A stretch of DNA of 49,837 nt. Origin: Candidatus Woesearchaeota archaeon UBA153 (GTDB lineage Archaea; Nanobdellota; Nanobdellia; Woesearchaeales; UBA525). The notes beneath the pieces were generated by a model. It was not told the origin of the DNA and searched no databases. It was given only the letters and a program-made list of their open reading frames with translations. The DNA is taken from NCBI GenBank assembly GCA_002503705.1, contig DASH01000093.1, positions 1-49,837 of the forward strand, read 5' to 3'. A program made the position numbers and the translations under genes. Positions 1-8,691 of this stretch are shown piece by piece (positions within the stretch are counted from its first letter, which is position 1; the number at the start of each line of letters is the position of its first letter).

Positions 1-527
1 AGGAGGACTTGCCGTTGCACCTCTCTCCCCTTCTCCGTGATGTCATTGACGCGGTTCTTCGAGTCGAGAAGGTCGATGGTCTCCTCGAAGATGCTGCGGA
101 TGATATGGCCGATGCGTAGGAGGATGGTGACGAGGTTGATGGTCTCGATGTCCCAGAAGACGTGGATGACAATCTTATTGGAGGTGACCTCCATGATCTC
201 CGCGGCGATGAACTCGTGGATGTGCTCTCGCAGGTAGGCGACCTTGCCGTTGTTCGCCCCTTCTAAGGTGATGACTGTGTACCCGTTGAGGTACGTCGCG
301 AGGAGCCGCTGGACAATCTCATCCGTGGACTTTCCGGCGATGTTCATCGTCAGGCTGCTCGTCCCGGGCGGTTTCGACGATGAGGGGATGAGTTCGAGAG
401 AGTTCCGGAGCGTCTCCTGCACGTTGAGGAGGTCGCCTTTCTTGAGGTTGTGCTTCTGGACCCAGGAGTGCGGCAGCGTCATGCAGAACGCTGTTTTTCC
501 GAAGAGTATAATCTTACGTTGCTCCAT
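1..527 (-). CDS. AbrB/SpoVT-domain plus PhoU-like phosphate-uptake-regulator family protein; C-terminus lies beyond the left window edge
   Basis: Not in the supplied ORF track because it is open to the window edge. Own reverse-strand translation from the ATG at 527: MEQRKIILFGKTAFCMTLPHSWVQKHNLKKGDLLNVQETLRNSLELIP...YTVITLEG...HIHEFIAAEIMEV...LLRIGHIIRSIFEETIDLL. AbrB-type N-domain followed by PhoU-like helices. Confidence 0.7.
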   Translation of the reverse strand, partial: MEQRKIILFGKTAFCMTLPHSWVQKHNLKKGDLLNVQETLRNSLELIPSSSKPPGTSSLTMNIAGKSTDEIVQRLLATYLNGYTVITLEGANNGKVAYLREHIHEFIAAEIMEVTSNKIVIHVFWDIETINLVTILLRIGHIIRSIFEETIDLLDSKNRVNDITEKGREVQRQVL

Positions 528-669
528 GACTATATAGAATGTACTTCAACTATATATATTTCGTGCATATAATATATATAGTCGGCGGTCTCTTCTTAAA
601 GCACCGATTTGAAGGTTAAGTATATAGTGACGGTCCAGAGAACCTCCTGGCGGTCCAGGATCCGCATAT

Positions 670-787
670 GGCGTCACATTTTTCTTCAACGCAATGATGG
701 CACTTCATCGTCTTCACAATATATATACTATTATCTATATGAAAAGGTTTGTTATAATATAGCGTCTTCTCCAAACCTCAGGAGAGG
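670..787 (+). promoter_or_regulatory. Family C copy 1: conserved AT-rich promoter-like block plus downstream hairpin
   Basis: tatctatatgaaaaggtttgttataat (732-758) matches 17084-17110 at 26 of 27 positions. A hairpin follows after an identical 7-nt spacer: CUUCUCC-AAACCUCA-GGAGAGG (766-787). The upstream block ggcgtcacattttt is shared with copy 2. Confidence 0.45.
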
Positions 788-1157
788 TTCATCGGCATGC
801 TCAATGCTGCCGATGTCGGGTGCGGCTGCACCCTCCAGATATCTCAACACAGTAAAGAGACATCTCAACAGAGTGGGGCCGGTGAATAGTGGGGCCGGTG
901 AAGCTGAATTGGGGAACGGCTCCGCCGAATCGCACCGCGCCGCACCGCGCGCGCCGCGCGCGGCGAAGAATGCGAAGAGCGAATACTGTATGAGTATTGC
1001 ATGCGTACTACTGAACGAATATTGATACTAAGTACTGAATGAATACTTGACGCTTACCAATGAACGCATACTGACTGAATACTGAACGCAGACTGCAAGA
1101 GCACGATACTGCGACACTGACGAACACGAGACTGGACGAACACGAGAGGGGAAACTC

Positions 1158-2267
1158 ATGGAACACACGATGCTGAAGGAGCCCACGATGCTGAAGGAAC
1201 ACATGGCACTGAAAAAAACACTCCTGGAGCACGCGATGCAACAGGCCGGATTGGAGACGCGGCAGAGCGAATCAGGCGTCACGTCCTCGACCGCGTGCAT
1301 CGTCATCCCCACCTATAACGAAGCGCAGAACATCACCGCGCTCCTCGACCGGATCTTCGAGAACGAACGACGCCAACCGCGGACGCAGGACGGGTGGCGG
1401 CTGAGCGTCCTCGTCGTCGACGACAGCTCGCCCGACGGCACTGCGAACAAGGTGACCGCGTACGCGAAACGAAACCCGAACGTCCACCTCCTGCTCAGGA
1501 AAGAGAAGCAAGGCCTCGGCGCCGCGTACATCGCCGGGATGCAGCACGCGATGCAGCTCCTCGACCCTGAAGTCGTGATGGAGATGGACGCTGATTTCAG
1601 CCATAACCCGAAAGACATCTTCCCCATCCTCGCGGCGATCTCGAACGGCGCGGACTTCGTCATCGGGTCACGCTACATCAAAGGAGGCAGCATCCCGAAA
1701 GAGTGGGGGCTGCACCGCCGCGTCATCAGCAAGGCGGCCAACCTCTACACGAAGATGGTGCTCCGCATCCCGAAAGTCAAGGACTGCAGCGGCGGCTTCC
1801 GCGCCATCCGGAGCGACACCCTGCGCCGAGTCGATCTCTCCTCTCTCAACGTGAAAGGCTACGCGTTCCAAGTCCTCCTCCTCGAAGCGGCGGTCCGCAC
1901 CGGCGCGATCGTCCGCGAAGTGCCCATCGCGTTCCTGGAACGGAACGCCGGCAAGAGCAAGATCCGCGTCACCGACATGGTGGAAGGCGCCGCCCTCATC
2001 CTGCAGGTCGGCTCGCAACGCCTCTTCAGTCCTGGAACGAGCGAGACGACCGCGCGCAAGACGCCAAGTCCGACAGGACAGATTGGACCGTATGGCGTCA
2101 CGTCGCAGTACAGCGCGTCCATTGCGGTGACAGCGGGCCAGAACGTTGCCGAATCGGCGAGCACCACCACAGTAGATAACACCGGGGGCGTCGGCGGGGT
2201 CGGTGGCGTCGGCGGCGAGTCCGCCGTGAGCGAGCCGCCACAGCACCAGGCGAGCATGAAGACGTAA
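1158..2267 (+). CDS. GT2 polyprenyl-phosphate sugar synthase (Dpm1/GtrB/CsbB-like)
   Basis: CIVIPTYNE...VLVVDDSSPDGT...GLGAAY...MDADFSHNP...VIGSRY...GGFR...ERNAGKSK, typical of dolichyl/polyprenyl-phosphate mannose or glucose synthases. The N-terminus carries a duplicated TMLKE peptide and the C-terminus a GGVGGVGGVGG tail. The true start could be slightly downstream. Confidence 0.85.
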   Translation: MEHTMLKEPTMLKEHMALKKTLLEHAMQQAGLETRQSESGVTSSTACIVIPTYNEAQNITALLDRIFENERRQPRTQDGWRLSVLVVDDSSPDGTANKVTAYAKRNPNVHLLLRKEKQGLGAAYIAGMQHAMQLLDPEVVMEMDADFSHNPKDIFPILAAISNGADFVIGSRYIKGGSIPKEWGLHRRVISKAANLYTKMVLRIPKVKDCSGGFRAIRSDTLRRVDLSSLNVKGYAFQVLLLEAAVRTGAIVREVPIAFLERNAGKSKIRVTDMVEGAALILQVGSQRLFSPGTSETTARKTPSPTGQIGPYGVTSQYSASIAVTAGQNVAESASTTTVDNTGGVGGVGGVGGESAVSEPPQHQASMKT

Positions 2268-2302
2268 CGGAACAACACCATGATATCCGGAGGTCAAACG
2301 GC

Positions 2303-5300
2303 ATGAGCAGCATCGATAAAGACTCCAAGATACGCGGCAATCACAACAAGCGCCCCTCACCCGCGCTCCTGAAGTTCCGAAAGTTCTTCCTCTTCGGCGT
2401 CGTGGGCGGCTTCGGCACGGTGCTGAACACCGTCATCCTCTACGGGCTCACGCATTTCGCCGGCCTCTATTACCTCCTCGCGGCCGCCATCGCGACCGAA
2501 ACGGCGATCGTCTCAAACTTCTTCGGCAACCACTTCTTCACGTTCCGCAACGACCGTGACGCCACGCCGCTCTGGCGCCGCTTCCTCTCCTTCCAAGCGA
2601 TCAGCCTCGTCACCCTCGTCGGGACGCTCGTCATCCTCTACACGCTCACCACGCTCTTCGGAGAGACATACCTCCTGCTCTGGAACCTCATCGCAATCCT
2701 CGTGATGTTCCTCGCGAACTTCGCGCTCAACCGGAAGTTCACTTGGAGAGCCGGCGCGGAGACGCACGAAAAGCGCTCATCGTCAAGGGACTCATCGTCG
2801 AGAGACGCATCGTCGCGGAGTGCGAGCGGCGGCAAGCTCTCGTTCCTCCTCTTCTTCCTCGTCATGGCGTTCTGCATCGCCCTGCCCGTCGCTCACGCCG
2901 CGGACATCGCCGCGACGAGCCAGTTCGGCCACCACCCCTTGAGCGAAAAACAGGTCATCCTCTACACGCTCCAGACTGGCGCCGCGAGCGGCACGTTCAC
3001 CGTCAACGGCGCTCCCGGCTTCACGAACAGACCGCTCACGGTGCCCGTCGACGGCAACAATGTTCCGACGACGTGCCAAGGCGGGCTCTCCTGCCTCGTG
3101 GGAGACTTCACAGACCTCACCACGACGGGAACTTATACGATCACGACGACCGCTGGCGGACAGAGCCACACGACCGCGCAATTCCAGGTCAGCCCGGACC
3201 TCTACGCGGACAATCTCCACACGCTCTTCGACTTCTTCGACGCTGAACGGCAGCAAGGCTCGAACTATCACGCCGACATGAACGGATTCCAGAGCCCGGC
3301 ATTTCCCATGATTGCCGACGGGAGCTTCCTCATCCAGACCGACCAGGCCGCGCTCGCCACCGTACGGCTCGGCAGCGCGTACCGTCGCAATCCAGCCATC
3401 TTCTCCAACGCGATGAGGACGTACATCGTCGACTACACCGACTACCTCCTCGGCCTTCGCGGCGCGCACGCAGTCCCTGGCGCTGGCCCGTACCGCTTCG
3501 GATGGGATATGTCGCCGCAGAACGCCTTCATCCCGAACCAGACGAGCATCACGACCCTGCAGCTCTACGACACGAACGGCGGCCTTTCGCAGACCGTCCC
3601 AGTCACGAGCCTCTGCGGGGCGAGCAGTTCTCCCGGGTGGCAGTCGTGCATCGACCAAGCGATGACGCTCTACCATTGCGACGTCAACGAGCCATGCCTC
3701 AACCTCACGTACACCGGCGCGAAAGGGACGATCGCGATCACGCCGGGCGACCACACCTACCCCGCGGGGTGGATGTATGATTGGAACTGCTTCCTTGACG
3801 CTCGTCTCGACACCGGCATGTTCAACGACGCGCCGAACCCTTGCCTGATGTTCGATGACGAACGAGGCGACGACATGTACACGATCTACTCGTTCGCCGC
3901 GCTCACCCAGGCGATTCCCGCCCTCTACGACCAAGACCCTGCGAAGGCGACCATCGCCTACGATGAAGCGAAAGCCATCGCGGCACAGATAGGAGACTCC
4001 TACACCACCACGACGGTCGACACGCTCGCCGGGCCGAAGACCATGACTGCTGAAGAGAAATACGCGTGGGCCGGGATGGGTCTCTTCCTCCTCTACGATT
4101 ACAGCGGCGACCAGGCGTACCTGCTCCGCGCGTACAACTACCGAACCAACGTCAGGAGCGACGGCTTCGACTCGGGCGCCACCTTCGGCAACGAGTTCTA
4201 CTGGGAGGAGTACATCCGGCACGAGGGCGCGATCATCGCCGCTGGCCGAGAATACACGATCGCGGGGAACGACCCTCGCGAGCTCTTGACGGGCAAGATG
4301 GCCTCCGACTGGGAGAACAACGACCCGATCGATATCTCGCGCTCCGGTGAACGCGTCTTCCAGAAGATGCGCGCGACCGGGTTCTCGATCAGCCGTTCGC
4401 TCCTCATCGAAGCGGTCTACGCGATGAAGACCCTGGAGCTCGCGCCTTCGACCGCGCCGCCGTTCACGCAGATGATCGCGGACAGCCAGCTCGCCTGGCT
4501 CACCGGACAGAACGTCGTGCAGGACGGCGAGACCGGCACCGCGCCCCTGCGCAGTTACAGCTTCATCTTCGGCCTTGGGCAGGACAATCCGGCGCAGTAC
4601 CACAGCCGATACCTCATCGACACAGGACTCTTCACCGCTTCCGGCGGTTCCCTGCTCGGCGCGCGAGGCATCGATTACCAGTTCATGCATAATGGCGCTC
4701 TCTCCTGGATGGATGGGCGGAGCGACATCATGGGCCAGGCCTTCGGCGCCATCGGCAATGACCTCGGCCCGAAGGTCAACCCCTGGCTTCCCAGCAGGAC
4801 GTACGCGAACGGTCAGACTTCCATTCTCGGTTGGATCAACGGCGCGTTCGACACTGACGACGGAGACGTCACCCTCAACTATTTAGACGACCAGGAGGCG
4901 TATCTCTTCACCGAGTCGACGAACGAGAAGGTCGCGGCGGCGGTGGAGCTCTTCGCCTACCTAGACGGAGCGTACAACGACCGGGTTCGGCACGCGCCCG
5001 TCGTGTTGGGGACCGGGAGCAATTCCACCCCTCCTGTGCTGTCGAACGCGACGCTCAAGGTCTACACCACGCCGGTCGGCGCGTCCATCGCGTTGAATGG
5101 CACGCTGCAAGGCGTCACGGCGATCGACGGTCTCACCGTCACCGTCGCTCCGGGCAACTACGCGCTCACCGCGAGCAAGAGCGGCTATACAACGATGTTT
5201 CAAGCCATCGCTCTGGTCGCGAATCAGACACGAATCGTCAACCTCACGCTCACGCCGAGCAGTGACGTCGCGACGCTCAAGGTCTTCACCACCCCGACGG

Positions 5301-7054
5301 GAGCGACCATCGCGTTGGACGGAATACCGAAAGGTGTCACGGCGATCGACGGTCTCACCGTCACCGTCGTTCCGGGCGACTACGCGCTCACCGCGAGCAA
5401 GAGCGGCTATGCGCTCGTCACGCAACCGGTGACGCTCATCACGAACACCACGACGACCGTGAACCTCTTCCTGCACGTGACGAACTCCACAATCATCGCG
5501 AACGGGACGGACGTCTCGCTCGCGACGAACTCCAGCACCGGAGCAACGCATCATCTCTATGAGATCGACACCGGCAGGTTCTGGGTGACGCTGCAGGACG
5601 CCGGCACCGTGACGTGGCTTGTCGACGGTGTCGTGAAGACGTTGACGGGCGGGCAGAACAGCACGTTCAACTGGACGCCCGGGATTCTCGCGGTGCCGGT
5701 GGCGCCGCTCTACACCAACACGCGGCTGTTCACGGTGGTGGCGAAGACGGCGAACGGGAATATCACGTGGACGGTCGACGTTGAGAACGTCCTCAACCCG
5801 TTCTTCCAAGGGACGTTCGGCGCTCCGGACACCCTCATCCACGTCTTCACGAACAACAAGTATGGCGTCAATTTCACCGCGGTGAGTGTCACGCTCGACA
5901 ACAGCGGCGCGCTCGCAGTCTACAGTCTCGTGCCGGTCTCGGGCGGTGCCGAGACTGACTGGCAGAAGCTCGCGACCAACCTTCCGACAGGCAATAGCTG
6001 GCTCAGGAAGGTCGCTACTCTCGACACCAACGGCGTCAGCACGACCTATACGCTCGGCGATGTTCGGGCGCATTACCGCACGCCATCGAGCAATAACGAT
6101 AACGACAATTCGGGCGGCGGAGGCGGTCGAGGGGGCGGAGGAGGTTTCCCTGAAGCTGAGATTCTGCAGCTCGTGTACGTCACGTTCGCTCACGACGTCC
6201 TGGATGAGACCGACTCGCAGACGATCACGTTAGACGCGAGGACGAACAACAGCGAAATACGGCGCGTCGAAGCGCTTTTGGAGACGCCGAGCGGGGCGGG
6301 CCTGCGACTGGAGCTGAACCTCACGGCCGGCGACCGCGGCTACGGGACGTGGTCGGAGGAGTTCTCCGGTTTCATCCCAGGAGAGTATATCCTGAAGGAA
6401 ATCGATCTCTGGGGGTTCGAGAAGAATGCGACGAAGATCCCCGTGAGCGACAGATCGTTCTACGTCGTCGGTCCCGAGACGGGCGCTGGCGCTGGCGCGA
6501 AACCGCTCACGCTCATCTATACGCTCCTGACGCCGAGCGTCATCGGGAACGGCACGAACGCCACGCTCCGGCTCGACGCCGCCGATCAAATCGGCATCAC
6601 CCTCGTCACGGCGAACATAACGACGTCGCGAGGCGAGTCATTCCAAATCCCCCTGCACCGGGTCGCCGGGACGTCGCAGTACGGGACGTGGGAAGGAACG
6701 CTCGACGGGACGACACCCGACACGACGTACGTTGTCACCAGCATCACCTTGAAGAGCGCCGTCGCGAGCAAGATGTTCCTGACCAGCGGCCGGAGCGTCT
6801 ACGTGCAGGCGCTCCCGACCCCTGAAGGCGGATCACTCATCACTGGCGCGGTCGCCGGCGTCTCTGCCTTCTCCAGCGAAGCGTTCGCGGCCATCGTCGC
6901 GAAGCCGATCATCCCGATTGCGGTCGGTTTCGGCATCATGCTCGTCACTCTCGCCGTGCTCTCCCTCAATTATCAGATCAAAAAGAAGCTGCGCGGAAAG
7001 GAGTACGGAAAGGAGCGCGGAAAGGAGTACGGAAAGGACGCGCGGCGACCGTGA
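2303..7054 (+). CDS. Fusion protein: N-terminal GtrA-like 4-TM domain, GH9-like (alpha/alpha)6 glycanase region, two PEGA repeats, Ig-like repeats, C-terminal TM anchor
   Basis: GtrA-like: FLLFGVVGGFGTVLNTVILY...ETAIVSNFFGNHFFTFRN...NFALNRKFTW. GH9-like: DLYADNLHTLFDFFDAERQQG, SYSFIFGLGQDNPAQYHSR (His signature) and YLDDQEAYLFTEST (Glu signature). PEGA x2: LKVYTTPVGASIALNG...YALTASKSGY. SD-like ggaggt lies upstream of the ATG. Confidence 0.8.
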   Translation: MSSIDKDSKIRGNHNKRPSPALLKFRKFFLFGVVGGFGTVLNTVILYGLTHFAGLYYLLAAAIATETAIVSNFFGNHFFTFRNDRDATPLWRRFLSFQAISLVTLVGTLVILYTLTTLFGETYLLLWNLIAILVMFLANFALNRKFTWRAGAETHEKRSSSRDSSSRDASSRSASGGKLSFLLFFLVMAFCIALPVAHAADIAATSQFGHHPLSEKQVILYTLQTGAASGTFTVNGAPGFTNRPLTVPVDGNNVPTTCQGGLSCLVGDFTDLTTTGTYTITTTAGGQSHTTAQFQVSPDLYADNLHTLFDFFDAERQQGSNYHADMNGFQSPAFPMIADGSFLIQTDQAALATVRLGSAYRRNPAIFSNAMRTYIVDYTDYLLGLRGAHAVPGAGPYRFGWDMSPQNAFIPNQTSITTLQLYDTNGGLSQTVPVTSLCGASSSPGWQSCIDQAMTLYHCDVNEPCLNLTYTGAKGTIAITPGDHTYPAGWMYDWNCFLDARLDTGMFNDAPNPCLMFDDERGDDMYTIYSFAALTQAIPALYDQDPAKATIAYDEAKAIAAQIGDSYTTTTVDTLAGPKTMTAEEKYAWAGMGLFLLYDYSGDQAYLLRAYNYRTNVRSDGFDSGATFGNEFYWEEYIRHEGAIIAAGREYTIAGNDPRELLTGKMASDWENNDPIDISRSGERVFQKMRATGFSISRSLLIEAVYAMKTLELAPSTAPPFTQMIADSQLAWLTGQNVVQDGETGTAPLRSYSFIFGLGQDNPAQYHSRYLIDTGLFTASGGSLLGARGIDYQFMHNGALSWMDGRSDIMGQAFGAIGNDLGPKVNPWLPSRTYANGQTSILGWINGAFDTDDGDVTLNYLDDQEAYLFTESTNEKVAAAVELFAYLDGAYNDRVRHAPVVLGTGSNSTPPVLSNATLKVYTTPVGASIALNGTLQGVTAIDGLTVTVAPGNYALTASKSGYTTMFQAIALVANQTRIVNLTLTPSSDVATLKVFTTPTGATIALDGIPKGVTAIDGLTVTVVPGDYALTASKSGYALVTQPVTLITNTTTTVNLFLHVTNSTIIANGTDVSLATNSSTGATHHLYEIDTGRFWVTLQDAGTVTWLVDGVVKTLTGGQNSTFNWTPGILAVPVAPLYTNTRLFTVVAKTANGNITWTVDVENVLNPFFQGTFGAPDTLIHVFTNNKYGVNFTAVSVTLDNSGALAVYSLVPVSGGAETDWQKLATNLPTGNSWLRKVATLDTNGVSTTYTLGDVRAHYRTPSSNNDNDNSGGGGGRGGGGGFPEAEILQLVYVTFAHDVLDETDSQTITLDARTNNSEIRRVEALLETPSGAGLRLELNLTAGDRGYGTWSEEFSGFIPGEYILKEIDLWGFEKNATKIPVSDRSFYVVGPETGAGAGAKPLTLIYTLLTPSVIGNGTNATLRLDAADQIGITLVTANITTSRGESFQIPLHRVAGTSQYGTWEGTLDGTTPDTTYVVTSITLKSAVASKMFLTSGRSVYVQALPTPEGGSLITGAVAGVSAFSSEAFAAIVAKPIIPIAVGFGIMLVTLAVLSLNYQIKKKLRGKEYGKERGKEYGKDARRP
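5048..5491 (+). repeat. Tandem 222-nt (74-aa) PEGA-domain duplication inside the CDS
   Basis: Units start at 5048 and 5270. They share identical runs of 34 nt (gtcacggcgatcgacggtctcaccgtcaccgtcg) and 32 nt (actacgcgctcaccgcgagcaagagcggctat). Confidence 0.85.
6994..7041 (+). repeat. 4 x 12-nt in-frame tandem repeat at the CDS 3' end (GKEY GKER GKEY GKDA)
   Basis: cggaaaggagta cggaaaggagcg cggaaaggagta cggaaaggacgc, immediately before the stop and overlapping start at 7051-7054. Confidence 0.85.
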
Positions 7055-8691
7055 GCGAGGACAGAGGGACTATCATGGGCGTCCTGATACGGCCACTCCG
7101 GAAGATGCAGGTCGCGTTCATCATCCTCTTCGGACTCGCCAGCCTCCTCCTGATGGGCTACTACTTCTCGGATACGCTCCTCCATTACACGACGATGCAG
7201 CAGTTCCCCATCAACTCGTTCCAGCGTTTCGCCCTCACCATCCTCATCTTCCCCGCCGAGCTCTTCTCCTTCGGCTTCGCCCTCTACTTCGTCTACGTGC
7301 TCCTGCTGGGGCAACGTCCGCAAGAGCGGCCGCGACCGCTCGACGGCCAAGAGAAGACGCCTGTCGCAATACTCATCCCGGTGTACAACGAGCCGAAAGA
7401 GGTAGTTGACCGGACGCTGTCCGCCTGCAAGCTCGTCCGCTGGCCGGGTGCGACGCGCATCTACCTCCTCGACGATTCGAACAACGAGGAGGAGAAGGCG
7501 GTCATGGACTCGTTGGCGAAACGCCACGGCTGCACGATCGTGCGTCGGCCTGATCGCGTCGGTTACAAAGCGGGCAACATCAATAACGCGCTCCGGAAGA
7601 CGGTGAAGGAGCCGTTCTTCATGATTCTCGACTCTGACCAGGCGCCGGTGCCGGAATTCCTCGAGCGGACCATGGACCATTTCAGCGACCCGACCGTCGG
7701 CTTCGTCCAGACGCCGCAGCATTTCATCAACGAAGGCACGCCGATCGAACGAGGGGCGAAGATCGGCACGAACATCTTCTACTCCGCGCAGTGCCTCGGC
7801 AAGTCCCATGACAGCGCGTTGCCGTTCTGCGGCACGAACGCGGTGCTCCGCGCCTCGGCGTTCCGCGGCGTCGGCGGATTCCAGTACTTCAGCGCGACGG
7901 AGGACATCGAGCTCGGCCTCCGCATGAACCAGGCCGGCTATCACGGCATGTACGTTCCGGAGATCCTCGCCCACGGCTACGCGCCGCCCGACTTCGCCGC
8001 CTACTCGTCGCAGCAGTACCGCTGGGCGAACGGCAACCTCGCGATCCTCCGCGAATCATGGCGCGGAATCCTCTTCGGCCGCTTCTCCTTGCGGCAGCAG
8101 ATCCACACCCTCTTCACCCTCGGTTGGTGGCTCGTGGGAGTCGCGACGCTCATCTACATCACCGTCCCGATACTCTCGCTCGCGTTCGGCCTCGGCACGC
8201 ACCACACGTGGCTGCCGACGGCGCTGCTCGTCGTCCTCTACTTCAACGTCGTCTTAGGAATCCTCATGATCTACGTCTCGCTCCACGGCAGGGTGAAAGG
8301 CGAGAAAGTGAAGATCTCTGACGCTTTCCTCCAGTACGTGTTAATCACGAACAGCATCTTCATCTTCTCGCGCGCCGCGTTCAACGCGGCCATCGGCAGG
8401 TACGTCGGCTTCGTCCGCACGAACAAGCGCCGAACAGGTGTCGGACTCGGTCTCATCAAGTGGAATCTCCTCCTCGCCGCGCTCTGTCTCGGCTTCAGCT
8501 TCTACGCGCTCGTCATGGCCTCGATCTCGAGCGACCTGCAACAGCTGCGCACCTACTTTCCGGTCTCCCTCTGGCTCCTCTACTACAGCCTCATCCTCGC
8601 CAGCTCAATCATCTTCGTCGGGAAAGAACGGATGCTGACCGGAGTGCCGCAGCCGCAAGGCACGACGAGTCTCCGAGGGCTGAAAAAATGA
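7051..8691 (+). CDS. Processive family-2 beta-glycosyltransferase, cellulose-synthase-like (BcsA/CesA-type core, no PilZ domain seen)
   Basis: Motifs LLDDSNNEEE (D), ILDSDQAP (DxD), SATEDIELGLRM (TED) and QQYRWANG (QxxRW), flanked by N- and C-terminal TM helices. The GTG start overlaps the upstream TGA (GTGA). An alternative ATG lies at 7075. Confidence 0.85.
   Translation: MSEDRGTIMGVLIRPLRKMQVAFIILFGLASLLLMGYYFSDTLLHYTTMQQFPINSFQRFALTILIFPAELFSFGFALYFVYVLLLGQRPQERPRPLDGQEKTPVAILIPVYNEPKEVVDRTLSACKLVRWPGATRIYLLDDSNNEEEKAVMDSLAKRHGCTIVRRPDRVGYKAGNINNALRKTVKEPFFMILDSDQAPVPEFLERTMDHFSDPTVGFVQTPQHFINEGTPIERGAKIGTNIFYSAQCLGKSHDSALPFCGTNAVLRASAFRGVGGFQYFSATEDIELGLRMNQAGYHGMYVPEILAHGYAPPDFAAYSSQQYRWANGNLAILRESWRGILFGRFSLRQQIHTLFTLGWWLVGVATLIYITVPILSLAFGLGTHHTWLPTALLVVLYFNVVLGILMIYVSLHGRVKGEKVKISDAFLQYVLITNSIFIFSRAAFNAAIGRYVGFVRTNKRRTGVGLGLIKWNLLLAALCLGFSFYALVMASISSDLQQLRTYFPVSLWLLYYSLILASSIIFVGKERMLTGVPQPQGTTSLRGLKK

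Noticed and set aside
609-1025. 138-aa plus-strand ORF in the first intergenic region
   Set aside because: It crosses the AT-rich promoter-like Family C block, hairpins and simple repeats. It shows no coding-type codon bias.
2792-4690. 632-aa minus-strand ORF, plus similar ORFs at 4961-6193, 1668-2360 and 6973-7974, antisense to the operon genes
   Set aside because: These are shadow frames of GC-rich genes. Their translations are dominated by R, E, D, V, A and H, with no motifs. They fully overlap plus-strand genes that carry clear GT2, GH9 and PEGA signatures.
8460-8687. Upstream 76-codon extension of the YfhO-like ORF, and the alternative-frame 695-aa ORF at 8951-11038
   Set aside because: The extension overlaps the C-terminal TM region of the GT2 gene in another frame. 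The ATG at 8688 forms an ATGA overlap with the upstream stop. The 695-aa frame is Arg/Pro/His-rich nonsense.
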